From positions 32,001 through 96,000 of the forward strand of contig CAVTNR010000012.1 of the NCBI GenBank assembly GCA_963736115.1: a stretch of 64,000 bases of DNA, written 5' to 3'. Made by a program: the position numbers and the translations under genes. This document shows, piece by piece, positions 37,943-47,014 of this stretch. Numbering within the stretch: position 1 is the stretch's first letter; each line of letters opens with the position of its first letter. The notes beneath the pieces are model-generated. The model saw nothing but the letters and a program-made list of their open reading frames with translations. It made no database searches and was not told the origin of the DNA. The DNA is from an uncultured bacterium (GTDB lineage: Bacteria > Zhuqueibacterota > QNDG01 > DTFT01).

Positions 37943-39370
37943 TCAGACCTCGAATTCTTTGGGATCGAATGTGAGCCGCCGCGCCGCCTCGACCGAGGCG
38001 TTCACCTTCAGCACCGTCACCGCGCATTCGTAACCGGCTTCTCCGGGACAGTTCAGGACCGCGTTTCCGCGCACCGCGTCGAAAAAATTTTCGAGATGCG
38101 GCTTGTGATAGGGGTCCGTGAATTCAACCGGCAGGCCGTATTTCTCCGGGGACACGGTTTCACGCACGTCGAGCACGGCGGCGTCCGCGGCCGGGTCCTC
38201 AGCCAGCACGGGCGCGGTCACGATGCCCCGCCGCACCCATTCGTCCCATGCCGGGGCGGACGGCTCGCGGTACACGGCGCCGCGGTTCGCGGACTCGGAG
38301 ATCAGCAAAGTGCCCGTGTCGCCCATGAAATTCTCGAAATACCCCTGGCTGGAATTCGTGGTCTGGGTCTGGTAGAACGCGCGCGTCCTTCCGGCCGGGG
38401 TTTCGTACTCGTACACGGCCATGACCGTGTCGTACCACTCGTGCGTGGACGCTGGATAGTAATCAATGCCCCCGTTGGCCGTGACCGCGACGGGCCGGCT
38501 GCCGAGAAACCAGTTGTAGATGTCGATCTGATGCGATCCGAGATCCACGATGGGCCCGCCGCCCAGCCCCTTGTACCAGCGCCAGTTGCGGAACTGGGCC
38601 ATGGACTGAAAGCCGTACCGTTTGAGCCGGTCCGCGGGCATGGCGTACCGCGCCGGCCATCCGAGGTCCGGCTGGGCGGACCGGTTCCACTGACCGCCCA
38701 CAGTGGCGATGCGGCCGATCATGCCGGCCTCGCCGAGAATGCGCTCGCGGCAGTGGATGTAGCGGGGATTGCTCCTCCGCTGGTGGCCGATCTGGAGCAG
38801 GCGCTTCGTCTCGCGGCCGGCCACGACCATGCGCCTGGCGCCCTCAAGCGTGTTCGACATTTCCTTTTCGCAGTACACATGCAGGCCGGCCTTCATGCAA
38901 TCGACCGCGTGACGGCTGTGCCAGAAGTCCGGCGTGGCGATAACCACCGCGTCCAGGTCCTTTTCGCGGGCCAGCATGTCCTCGTGGTTCTCGTAGGCGT
39001 TCGGGTTGTGCTTGTACTTGCGGAGCAGGTTCACGGTTTTCTTCCGGTTGTACTCCGTCCAGATGTCGCACACGGCCCTGAACCGGAGACCCGGTATCTT
39101 GAGCATGGCATTGAGAAGCACCTCTCCCTGGGCGCCTGCGCCGAGCAAGGCCACGTTGAGATCCGAAACGCTTCCGGCCCGGGGTTTTGCGGTCCCGGCC
39201 GCTTTGGTTTTCTGCTTTTTGTCGAAGCGTTCCTGTTGGACCACGGCCGCGCCGAAAAGCCCCAGCACGGGCAAAGTGGACAGGCCCTGCAGAAAGTCCC
39301 GTCTGCCGAGCTTTCTCCCCTCCCCCGGCTTGGGTTCTTCCCGTTTCGGTTCTTTTTTCTCTTCTGTCAT
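37943..39370 (-). CDS. Tat-exported Gfo/Idh/MocA oxidoreductase
   Basis: GRRDFL Tat motif, GAGAQG, IATPDFWH, HVYCEK, GHQRRS, NWRWY...GGG...DLGSHQID. Confidence 0.9.
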   Translation of the reverse strand: MTEEKKEPKREEPKPGEGRKLGRRDFLQGLSTLPVLGLFGAAVVQQERFDKKQKTKAAGTAKPRAGSVSDLNVALLGAGAQGEVLLNAMLKIPGLRFRAVCDIWTEYNRKKTVNLLRKYKHNPNAYENHEDMLAREKDLDAVVIATPDFWHSRHAVDCMKAGLHVYCEKEMSNTLEGARRMVVAGRETKRLLQIGHQRRSNPRYIHCRERILGEAGMIGRIATVGGQWNRSAQPDLGWPARYAMPADRLKRYGFQSMAQFRNWRWYKGLGGGPIVDLGSHQIDIYNWFLGSRPVAVTANGGIDYYPASTHEWYDTVMAVYEYETPAGRTRAFYQTQTTNSSQGYFENFMGDTGTLLISESANRGAVYREPSAPAWDEWVRRGIVTAPVLAEDPAADAAVLDVRETVSPEKYGLPVEFTDPYHKPHLENFFDAVRGNAVLNCPGEAGYECAVTVLKVNASVEAARRLTFDPKEFEV

Positions 39371-39552
39371 GCCGCGCCCCCGCTGATCGGATTTCCGTTC
39401 GCCTGCGCCGGTACCGGCCTGATGGTCGTAAAAAAGTAGCTTTTTTCGGGATAAGAAGCAAGCGCTAAAACCCGGCCGGCCTTCACTGTGCCGCTTGCTA
39501 TTTTCGGCGAGATTGGTTACTTTATGAAAGGCTACTATCGGACGTCTCGAAA

Positions 39553-39590
39553 GTTCCGTGTTCCGAGTTCAGAGTTCCGGGTTGAAAATC
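39553..39590 (+). repeat. Degenerate GTTCNGN heptamer array
   Basis: GTTCCGT GTTCCGA GTTCAGA GTTCCGG GTTGAAAATC. Confidence 0.7.
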
Positions 39591-39668
39591 GAGGGATGGG
39601 GTCATCTTTCTCCGTGTAACTCCTTGTCTTTTTCCGTGGTGTTTTTATTTATTCAAGGATTTCAAACC

Positions 39669-41472
39669 ATGCACTTCCAGCCCCTGGACTGGGTCATACT
39701 CGCCGCCTCCCTGGTGGTCTGCTTCGTGCCCTCTCTGTTTTTCGCCCGAAGAGCCGGCCGGAGCACGTCCGAATTCTTCGCCTCGGGCCGGTCCGTGCCC
39801 TGGTGGCTGGCCGGCTTCTCCATGGTGGCCACGACTTTCTCGAGCGACACGCCCAACCTGGTCACGGACATCGTGCGCCGCAGCGGCGTGGCCGGAAACT
39901 GGGTCTGGTGGGCCTTCACGCTCACAGGCGTGGCCACGGTGTTCTTCTACGCCCGGCTGTGGCGCAGGTCGGGCGTGCTGACCGACCTGGAATTCTACGA
40001 AATCCGCTATTCCGGCCGCGCCGCCGGTGCCGTTCGGGGGTTCCGCGCCGTGTACCTCGGCCTGTTCTTCAACTGCATGATTCTCGCGACCGTGAACCTC
40101 GCCGCGTGTAAGATCGCGGGCATTCTCTTCGGCCTGCCCCGCTGGCAGACCCTCATCGCCGTGGGGATTCTGAACGTCGCATTCGCCGCGCACTCCGGGC
40201 TCTGGGGCGTACTCGTCATCGACATGATACAGTTCGTTGTCATGATGACGGCCGTGATCGCGGCCGCGGTATTCGCCGTGCGCCTGCCCCAGGTCGGCGG
40301 CCTGGAGGGTCTCATGGAAAAAGTGTCCGCCCTTCAGGGTCCGGGCGGCATCCATTTTTTAAACCTGCTCCCGGATTTCCGGAACAATATGGACATGGCT
40401 GTGGCCGTGTTCATCGTGCCCCTGGCCGTGCAGTGGTGGGCGGTCTGGTACCCGGGTTCGGAGCCGGGCGGCGGGAGCTACATCGCCCAGCGCATGCTCG
40501 CGTCAAAATCGGAAAAGGATTCGCTCGGCGCCGTATTGTTCTTCAACGTGGCGCATTACGTCCTCCGTCCGTGGCCGTGGATACTGGTGGCATTGGCCTC
40601 CCTGATCGTCTACCCGCAATTGTCGGACATACAGGCCGCATTTCCCGGCCTGGATCCCCGCCTGCTGGGGCACGATATCGCTTATCCCGCCATGCTGGTC
40701 TTTCTCCCCGCCGGTTTCGTCGGCCTGATGGTGGGCGGTCTCATCGCGGCCACCTCATCCACCGTGCTCACCCATCTGAATCTGGGGCGCCTCGTACCTC
40801 GTGCATGATTTCTACCGCAGGTTTATTCGAAGGGATGCCACTGAGAAGCATTACGTTGCGGCCGGCCGCGCCGCGACCGCGGGGCTTTTCCTCGCCGCGT
40901 CCGGCCTGGTCTTTCTGCTCGACACGGCCAAGGACGCGTTCGACCTCATCCTGCAGATCGGCGCGGGAACCGGCTTGCTCTATCTGGTCCGGTGGTTCTG
41001 GTGGCGGGTCACCGCCTGGGCCGAGATCGCGGCCATGACCGCGTCATTCGCGGTTTCCGTCTTTCTCCTGATCCTTCGGAGAAACGGCATTCTGCTTCCA
41101 ACACATGCCGGCCTGCTCATCACCGTGGCCTTCACCACGGTGTGCTGGATGCTCACCGTTTATCTCGGACCGAAAACGGACAGAAGAACCCTGATTTCAT
41201 TCTATCAGAAAGTTCGTCCAGCCGGACCCGGATGGACGGCCATCCGGAAAGAGGCGGGAATCACTGAGGCGGATGCGGCAGGCGGAGGGGAAAGCCTGCC
41301 GATGGTCCTGCTCGGCTGGGCCGCGGGATGCTCTACGATATGGTCCGCGTTGTTCACGGTGGGAAATTTTCTGTACGGGAGATGGGCGTGGGGATTCGGC
41401 CTGCTCGCGTGGTCCGCTGTGAGCGCGCTGGTTCTGGTGAAGTGCCTGAACAGTCTGTGGAGGAAGTTGTAA
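39669..41472 (+). CDS. Sodium:solute symporter (SSS), split by a +1 indel near 40781
   Basis: FASGRSVPWW...SMVATTFSSDTP, GGGSYIAQRM. Removing one base at ~40782 restores THLNWGASYLVHDFY and joins ORFs 39558..40808 and 40801..41472. Confidence 0.87.
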
Positions 41473-41744
41473 GTCTGATACGCCCCTTCGGGGCGCGAGC
41501 ATTTTCTCAGCGAGGCTTTCGGACATTTTTTGTCCAGGGTTCCGAGGACTATCGATTTCCCTTTGGCCGAAAGACCCGCATGAGGATGCGGGCCTTCAAT
41601 AACGAATAAATCACATTGCTTGGTCCGGCAAAACCGGACCTTCAATAATCAATCATTATTTGGATAAATGGGTCCGCGAAGTGGACCATTTCGGACCTAC
41701 AACTCTTTTCGGAACTGCAGCTTCCACGCTCCGGGCTGGGCGGG

Positions 41745-41779
41745 GAACTATGAACCATGAACTCGGAACTATGAACTTC
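41745..41779 (-). repeat. Degenerate heptamer array in inverted orientation
   Basis: GAACTAT GAACCAT GAACTCG GAACTAT GAACTTC. Confidence 0.7.
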
Positions 41780-41973
41780 TTTTCATTTTTTTCCCCTTGC
41801 CTTTTTCGAAAAATGTCGTAATATTAGGTTGTTAAAAAACAACGTTTTACTAAACGAACCGCCTGCTGTTAAACCGGTTTACACACACGGTGTTACGCCG
41901 CACACAGCTCGGGTTCCTCAGTCCCCGAAATCCGTTTCCATCCGATTGATCGGCATCAATAGGGAGCCATTCC

Positions 41974-42822
41974 GTGATCAAACGCATACTCGTGCCCCTC
42001 GATCCTTCCCCGTTCTGCAATGCCGCGATTGAAGCGGCCTGCCGCATCGCCAAACCCTGGAACGCGGAAGTGCACGGGCTTGTCGTTCTCGACGTCAGGG
42101 CGATCGAGGACGGCATCGGCCCGATCCCGCTCGGCGGGAGTCATTACGCGCAGAACCTTGAAAAGCACCGGATCGAAGAAGCGGAAGTCCGCATCTCCGC
42201 ACTGCTGGCGTCCTTCCGTGAAGTTTGCGGCAGGCACGGCGTTTCCAGCCGCGAGGCGGAACTCCAGGGCACACCCAGCCGATCCATTGTGGACCGTTCC
42301 GGGCTGTACGACCTGGTGGTGACCGGTCTTCGCACCTATTTCAGGTTCGGAACCGACGACAAACCGGGCGATGGACTCGACCAGCTTCTCTCCCATTCGT
42401 CGACGCCCATACTGGGAATCACCGAATCTCTGCCGGAATGGGAATACCCGGAAGGCATCATCCGCATCCTCGCAACCTGGGACGCAAGTCCGGCGGCCGC
42501 GTCCAGTTTCCGCGAGTGCCTGCAGGCTTTCGTCCCTGAAAAGGTCCATCTGCGGCTGGTCCGGGCCGGCGGCGAAAAAGCCGAGGCTGAGGCCTCGCTG
42601 AATCTCGCGGCCGGCTACGCGGAATCTTACAGCGTCGCGCAGGTGGAAACCGAATGGACCTCCCAGGGCATTGTCGACGCGGTAGCCGAACGGCACGCGC
42701 AGTGGGCGCATCTCATCGTGGCCGGCGCGCATGCGAAAAAGGGACCGCTCGCATTCATGGTCGGCAGCCTCACGAAAACCCTGATCGAAAACAAAAAAAA
42801 TCCGCTGTTCATCGGACTGTGA
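41974..42822 (+). CDS. Universal stress protein (tandem UspA domains)
   Basis: IKRILVPLDPS...DLVVTG...LIVAGAH...VGSLT. Confidence 0.85.
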   Translation: MIKRILVPLDPSPFCNAAIEAACRIAKPWNAEVHGLVVLDVRAIEDGIGPIPLGGSHYAQNLEKHRIEEAEVRISALLASFREVCGRHGVSSREAELQGTPSRSIVDRSGLYDLVVTGLRTYFRFGTDDKPGDGLDQLLSHSSTPILGITESLPEWEYPEGIIRILATWDASPAAASSFRECLQAFVPEKVHLRLVRAGGEKAEAEASLNLAAGYAESYSVAQVETEWTSQGIVDAVAERHAQWAHLIVAGAHAKKGPLAFMVGSLTKTLIENKKNPLFIGL

Positions 42823-42911
42823 CCGGGTTCCCGCTCCGGACGGAACCTGAAACGGAATCAGCCGCGGAGGATCGGTTCCCCCGCGGCCCCAAACCGAACA
42901 GGCAGGTGCGA

Positions 42912-44327
42912 ATGAAGAACATCCATCTCCCCGAAGACCGCTACTTCGGACCCGATCCCGGCCGGAAAAAAATCGCCGCGAAACTCTATGAACGGGTCAA
43001 GGACAAGCCCCTGGTCTGCCCGCACGGGCACGTGGACCCCCGGCTGTTCTCGGACCCCGATTATGATTGGGGCACACCCGTCGACCTGCTGATCATTCCG
43101 GATCATTATGTGTTCCGCATGCTGTATTCCCAGGGCATCGCCGTCGAGTCCCTCGGCGTTCCGCGCCGCGACGGCGGGCCGGTTGAAAAGGACCACCGGA
43201 AGATCTGGCGCGCGTTCGCGGAGCGCTTCCACCTCTTTCGCGGCACGCCCAGCGGATGCTGGCTGTCCCACGAGCTTGTGACCGTCTTCGGAGTGAGCGA
43301 AAAGCCGTCCGCGGAATCGGCGGACCGGATCTATGACCGCATCGCGGAATGCCTGGCGTCACCGGAATTCCGGCCGCGCCGCCTGTTCGAGAAATTCCGC
43401 ATCGAGACGCTGGCCACAACGGACGCGGCCACAGACACGCTCGGCCACCACAAGGCGATCCGGGAATCGGGATGGAAGGGAAACGTGATCCCGACGTTCC
43501 GGCCGGATGCGGTGGTGAACCTCGACGCCGCGGACTGGGAGCAGAGCATCCGTCTGCTCGGCGAGCGCTCCGGCATCTCGATCCGCGGGTACAAGGACTT
43601 CATCGCGGCGCTGGAAAACCGCCGCGCCTTCTTCAAATCCATGGGGGCCTCGGCCACGGACCACGCGGCCGTGACCGCGCACACGGAAATCCTCTCCGGT
43701 TCCGAGGCGGAGGCGATATTCGGCCGGGCGCTGGCGGGCAAGGCCACGGCCGAGGACGCGTTCCGGTTCACCGGACACATGCTGATCGAGAGCGCGGCCA
43801 TGAGCGTCGAGGACGGACTGGTCATGCAGCTGCACACCGGGTCCTTCCGCAACCACAACCAGGACCTGTACGCGAAATTCGGCCCGGACAAGGGCGCGGA
43901 CATCCCGGTGCAGGGCGAGTTCACCCGGTCGCTCCGGCCCCTGCTGTCGCGTTTCGGAAACGACAGCCGCCTGACGATGGTGCTCTTCACGCTCGATGAA
44001 ACCGTGTACAGCCGCGAACTCGCGCCGCTCGCGGGCCATTATCCCGCGCTGAAACTCGGTCCGGCCTGGTGGTTCCACGACAGCCTGAACGGCATGATGC
44101 GCTACCGCGAGCAGGTCATGGAAACGGCCGGCCTGTACAACACCACCGGCTTCATCGACGACACCCGGGCCTTCCCGTCCATCCCGGCCCGGCACGACCT
44201 GTCGCGCCGCGTGGACGCGAACTGGATCGCAGGCCTCGTCGTCCGGGGCATCGTGGACGAAGAGGACGCGGAGGACATGATCGAGGAAACCGCCTACCGC
44301 CTGGTCAAACGGGCGTTCAAGATGTGA
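42912..44327 (+). CDS. uxaC: Uronate (glucuronate/galacturonate) isomerase
   Basis: CPHGHVDP, PDHYVFRML, PTFRPD, MQLH, ELAPLAGHYP, WWFHDS, GFIDDTRAF...RHD. Confidence 0.95.
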   Translation: MKNIHLPEDRYFGPDPGRKKIAAKLYERVKDKPLVCPHGHVDPRLFSDPDYDWGTPVDLLIIPDHYVFRMLYSQGIAVESLGVPRRDGGPVEKDHRKIWRAFAERFHLFRGTPSGCWLSHELVTVFGVSEKPSAESADRIYDRIAECLASPEFRPRRLFEKFRIETLATTDAATDTLGHHKAIRESGWKGNVIPTFRPDAVVNLDAADWEQSIRLLGERSGISIRGYKDFIAALENRRAFFKSMGASATDHAAVTAHTEILSGSEAEAIFGRALAGKATAEDAFRFTGHMLIESAAMSVEDGLVMQLHTGSFRNHNQDLYAKFGPDKGADIPVQGEFTRSLRPLLSRFGNDSRLTMVLFTLDETVYSRELAPLAGHYPALKLGPAWWFHDSLNGMMRYREQVMETAGLYNTTGFIDDTRAFPSIPARHDLSRRVDANWIAGLVVRGIVDEEDAEDMIEETAYRLVKRAFKM

Positions 44328-44398
44328 ACCGGACGGCCCGGCCGCGGGCCGTTCCGCCGGAATCCAAACGAAACCGATCCGCTTCACGGAGGACCATC

Positions 44399-45898
44399 AT
44401 GAATCCATTCGAATCGATACGCAGCCTGAACATCGCGCCCCGTTCCGTCGCGGAATCGGAGGGCGTTTCTTTCGCATTCACTTCGGTCGGCGGAAGGCCG
44501 ACCCTGGCCGCCCTCGCCCCGAAAGACGCGGAGCGGGTTCTGGCCGAATTCCAGGGAACGTCCACGGACGTCGAGGGCCGCAGGCTCTTCCTCGGGCCGG
44601 CCGAGGCCGCGAACGCGGCGGCCCTGCGCAAGCGCCTGCCCTTCCTTGCCCCCGTGCCGCTGGGCCTGAAAACCTCGGCCGGATTCGGCGACCGGCTGGG
44701 ACTGGCCACGCCCGGCCACATCCGCGCCCTGCGCGCCGTGGGCGGCCGCATCGCGCCGGTGTTCGCCCAGCAGTCGATGCGCGAGATGGCGCGCGCAGAT
44801 CGCTCCGCGGGCCGCGTCATGGACGACGCGCTGTGGGGCGTCTTCTGCGAGGGCTGGCGCGACGGCTTCGGATGCGACGCGGACCACCTGAAAACCACGG
44901 AGGACATCGACATCTGCGCGTCCGCGGGCTTCAACGGGTACACGCTCGATCCGGGCGCGCACGTGGACAATGCGGCCGGAACCGCGGACGTGAAGGCCCT
45001 GCAGAAAGCCGCGGACGCCCTTCCCTGGAAATCGCTCGAGGATAAGTGGCCGGACTTTCTGCGCCGCTACGCGGGCCGTGAATTCCGGTTCGACAAGGGG
45101 AAAATCAAGCTCACCGACGAAGAGGTGTTGCGCGCGGCAGTGAAATACGGACGCGCCGTGGCCCATGTGTCGGACCTGGTGCGGCACCTGAAATCCGTCA
45201 TGACCGGCCGGCCCTTCGACCTCGAAATCTCGGTGGACGAGACCGACAGCCCCACGACGCCCGCGGAGCACGCGATCGTGGCCTCCGAACTGAAACGGCT
45301 CGGCGTGACCTGGGCCGGGCTGGCGCCCCGCTTTCTCGGCCGTTTCGAGAAGGGCGTGGATTACATCGGCGATCTGGCCGCGTTCCGGGCCGATTTCGCC
45401 ATGCACGCGTCGATCGCGCGCACGCTTGGCCCCTACAAGCTGAGCCTGCATTCCGGGTCGGACAAGTTCGCGGTGTACCCGATCGCGGCAGAGGAGACGG
45501 CCGGCCTCGTGCACCTGAAAACCGCGGGCACCAGCTGGCTCGAAGCGCTTCGCACAGTCGCGTCCGCGGACCCGGCGCTCTTCCGGCAGATCTACAGCCT
45601 GGCGCGCGACCGGTACGAGACGGACAAGGCCAGCTATCACGTGTCCGCCGTGCTTGAAAAGGCCCCGCCCGCGGACGGGCTGACGGACGCCGACCTCGCC
45701 GGACTGCTCGACCAGTTCGACGCCAGGCAGGTCCTGCACGTCACCTTCGGATCCGTGCTCACGGAAAAAGGGACGGACGGAAAACTGAAGTTCCGCGACG
45801 TGCTGACCTCGGTCCTGCGCGATCACGCGGACGGATACGCGTCGAACCTCGAGGCGCATTTCGGCCGGCACCTGCGGCCGTTCGTCGCGTCGCGATAA
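44399..45898 (+). CDS. uxaE: Tagaturonate/fructuronate epimerase
   Basis: SAGFGDRLG, AQQSMRE, DADHLK, EISVDET, APRF.GRFEKGVDY, SLHSGSDKF, HLKTAGTSWLE. Confidence 0.93.
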   Translation: MNPFESIRSLNIAPRSVAESEGVSFAFTSVGGRPTLAALAPKDAERVLAEFQGTSTDVEGRRLFLGPAEAANAAALRKRLPFLAPVPLGLKTSAGFGDRLGLATPGHIRALRAVGGRIAPVFAQQSMREMARADRSAGRVMDDALWGVFCEGWRDGFGCDADHLKTTEDIDICASAGFNGYTLDPGAHVDNAAGTADVKALQKAADALPWKSLEDKWPDFLRRYAGREFRFDKGKIKLTDEEVLRAAVKYGRAVAHVSDLVRHLKSVMTGRPFDLEISVDETDSPTTPAEHAIVASELKRLGVTWAGLAPRFLGRFEKGVDYIGDLAAFRADFAMHASIARTLGPYKLSLHSGSDKFAVYPIAAEETAGLVHLKTAGTSWLEALRTVASADPALFRQIYSLARDRYETDKASYHVSAVLEKAPPADGLTDADLAGLLDQFDARQVLHVTFGSVLTEKGTDGKLKFRDVLTSVLRDHADGYASNLEAHFGRHLRPFVASR

Positions 45899-45913
45899 AT
45901 CCGATCATAAAGT

Positions 45914-45952
45914 AAAAAACCTCCCGCGGGCCTTCGGCCCGCGGGAGGTTTT
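45914..45952 (+). terminator. Intrinsic terminator of uxaC-uxaE
   Basis: AAAACCTCCCGCGGGCC ttcg GCCCGCGGGAGGTTTT. Confidence 0.85.
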
Positions 45953-45997
45953 CGTTTATCATCAACGCGGAGGCTCCCGCTTCCGCGTATCCGTTTT

Positions 45998-46030
45998 CCG
46001 TAAAGGCGAAGCGCCGCGTCGCCCCTACGG
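45998..46030. repeat. Degenerate GTAG-type REP palindrome
   Basis: CCGTAAAGGCGAAGCG...GCGTCGCCCCTACGG; related copy at 52940-52968. Confidence 0.5.
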
Positions 46031-46033
46031 GAT

Positions 46034-46065
46034 AAAAAAAGGCCTCCTGTCGCGGGAGGCTTTTT
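46034..46065 (-). terminator. Terminator of the response regulator gene
   Basis: A7-GGCCTCCTG...CGGGAGGC-T5. Confidence 0.7.
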
Positions 46066-46118
46066 CATTCACAAGGAAGCATGTGCCGCGCACTTTTTCA
46101 AAGCGAGCGGCACACCGT

Positions 46119-46601
46119 TCAATGCCACCAGAACAACCGGTCCATTCCCGGATCCCCGGATTCCTCCTTCGATTCTCCGGGTTCCTCCCCGTTCAGCTTC
46201 TGGATGACCTTTTTCTCCGCTTTATCCTTCAGCAGTTTATACACCTGCTCGCGGATCAGCTCCGGCGAGTCCATGCCCTTCAGCACGAACTGATTTGCGC
46301 CCGACTGAATGATTTCCTGCACCTTGTCCTGGTCCTTGACCGCGGACAGCACCAGCACGGGCGTATCCTGGCAGAAGCCGACCGAACGGATCCGTTTCAG
46401 CAGTTCAATGCCCGGAATCTTGGGCATCATCATGTCGAGAACAATGATGTCGGGTCTGCGTTCGCAGATCACGTCCCAGCCTGCCGTTGCATTCTCAGCC
46501 TCGAACACCTCGAATCCGGCTTTTTCGAATACGGATTTATAAAAAAACCGGACAGTTTGTGAATCCTCGATCAAGGCAATTTTTATTTTTCGTGCGGCCA
46601 T
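46119..46601 (-). CDS. Single-domain response regulator (receiver)
   Basis: IALIEDS, PDIIVLDMMMPKIPG, VLSA, FVLK. Confidence 0.88.
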   Translation of the reverse strand: MAARKIKIALIEDSQTVRFFYKSVFEKAGFEVFEAENATAGWDVICERRPDIIVLDMMMPKIPGIELLKRIRSVGFCQDTPVLVLSAVKDQDKVQEIIQSGANQFVLKGMDSPELIREQVYKLLKDKAEKKVIQKLNGEEPGESKEESGDPGMDRLFWWH

Positions 46602-47014
46602 GCCTGTTTCCCTGGAATGAATCCTCGAATATTCATTCTACAAATTCTACGCCAAACCTGCGAATAAAACACATAAGCTATTGTTTATGCTTACTATAAA
46701 TCCAAAATCGTTTGCATGCAGACCCATTTCAATATACAACAAAAGGATTTCAACCGGCTGATTTGAAGCTCCCCGTGGCCCGCATCGCGGGACTGGGGAA
46801 TGCGCTCGCGGACAGATTCCGGTTCTTGTCGGCTCTGAAAGGCTTTCAGCCTGTAACCGTTATAATCCACTGATATTACATCCTTTTACTTGACTCTTAA
46901 GGGATTATTCGATATAATAATAGGAATTTTCGTCATTATTAACCACCGCGGGGAAGGTCCTTTCCTCCTCATCCATCCCGCACAACCCTGATCCGCTGAA
47001 CGGAGGCCGAACGC

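Noticed and set aside
40775-40810. Two separate transporter genes or a programmed frameshift
   Set aside because: One extra base interrupts the conserved LNWGASYLV segment, with no slippery site; best read as a single gene with an indel.
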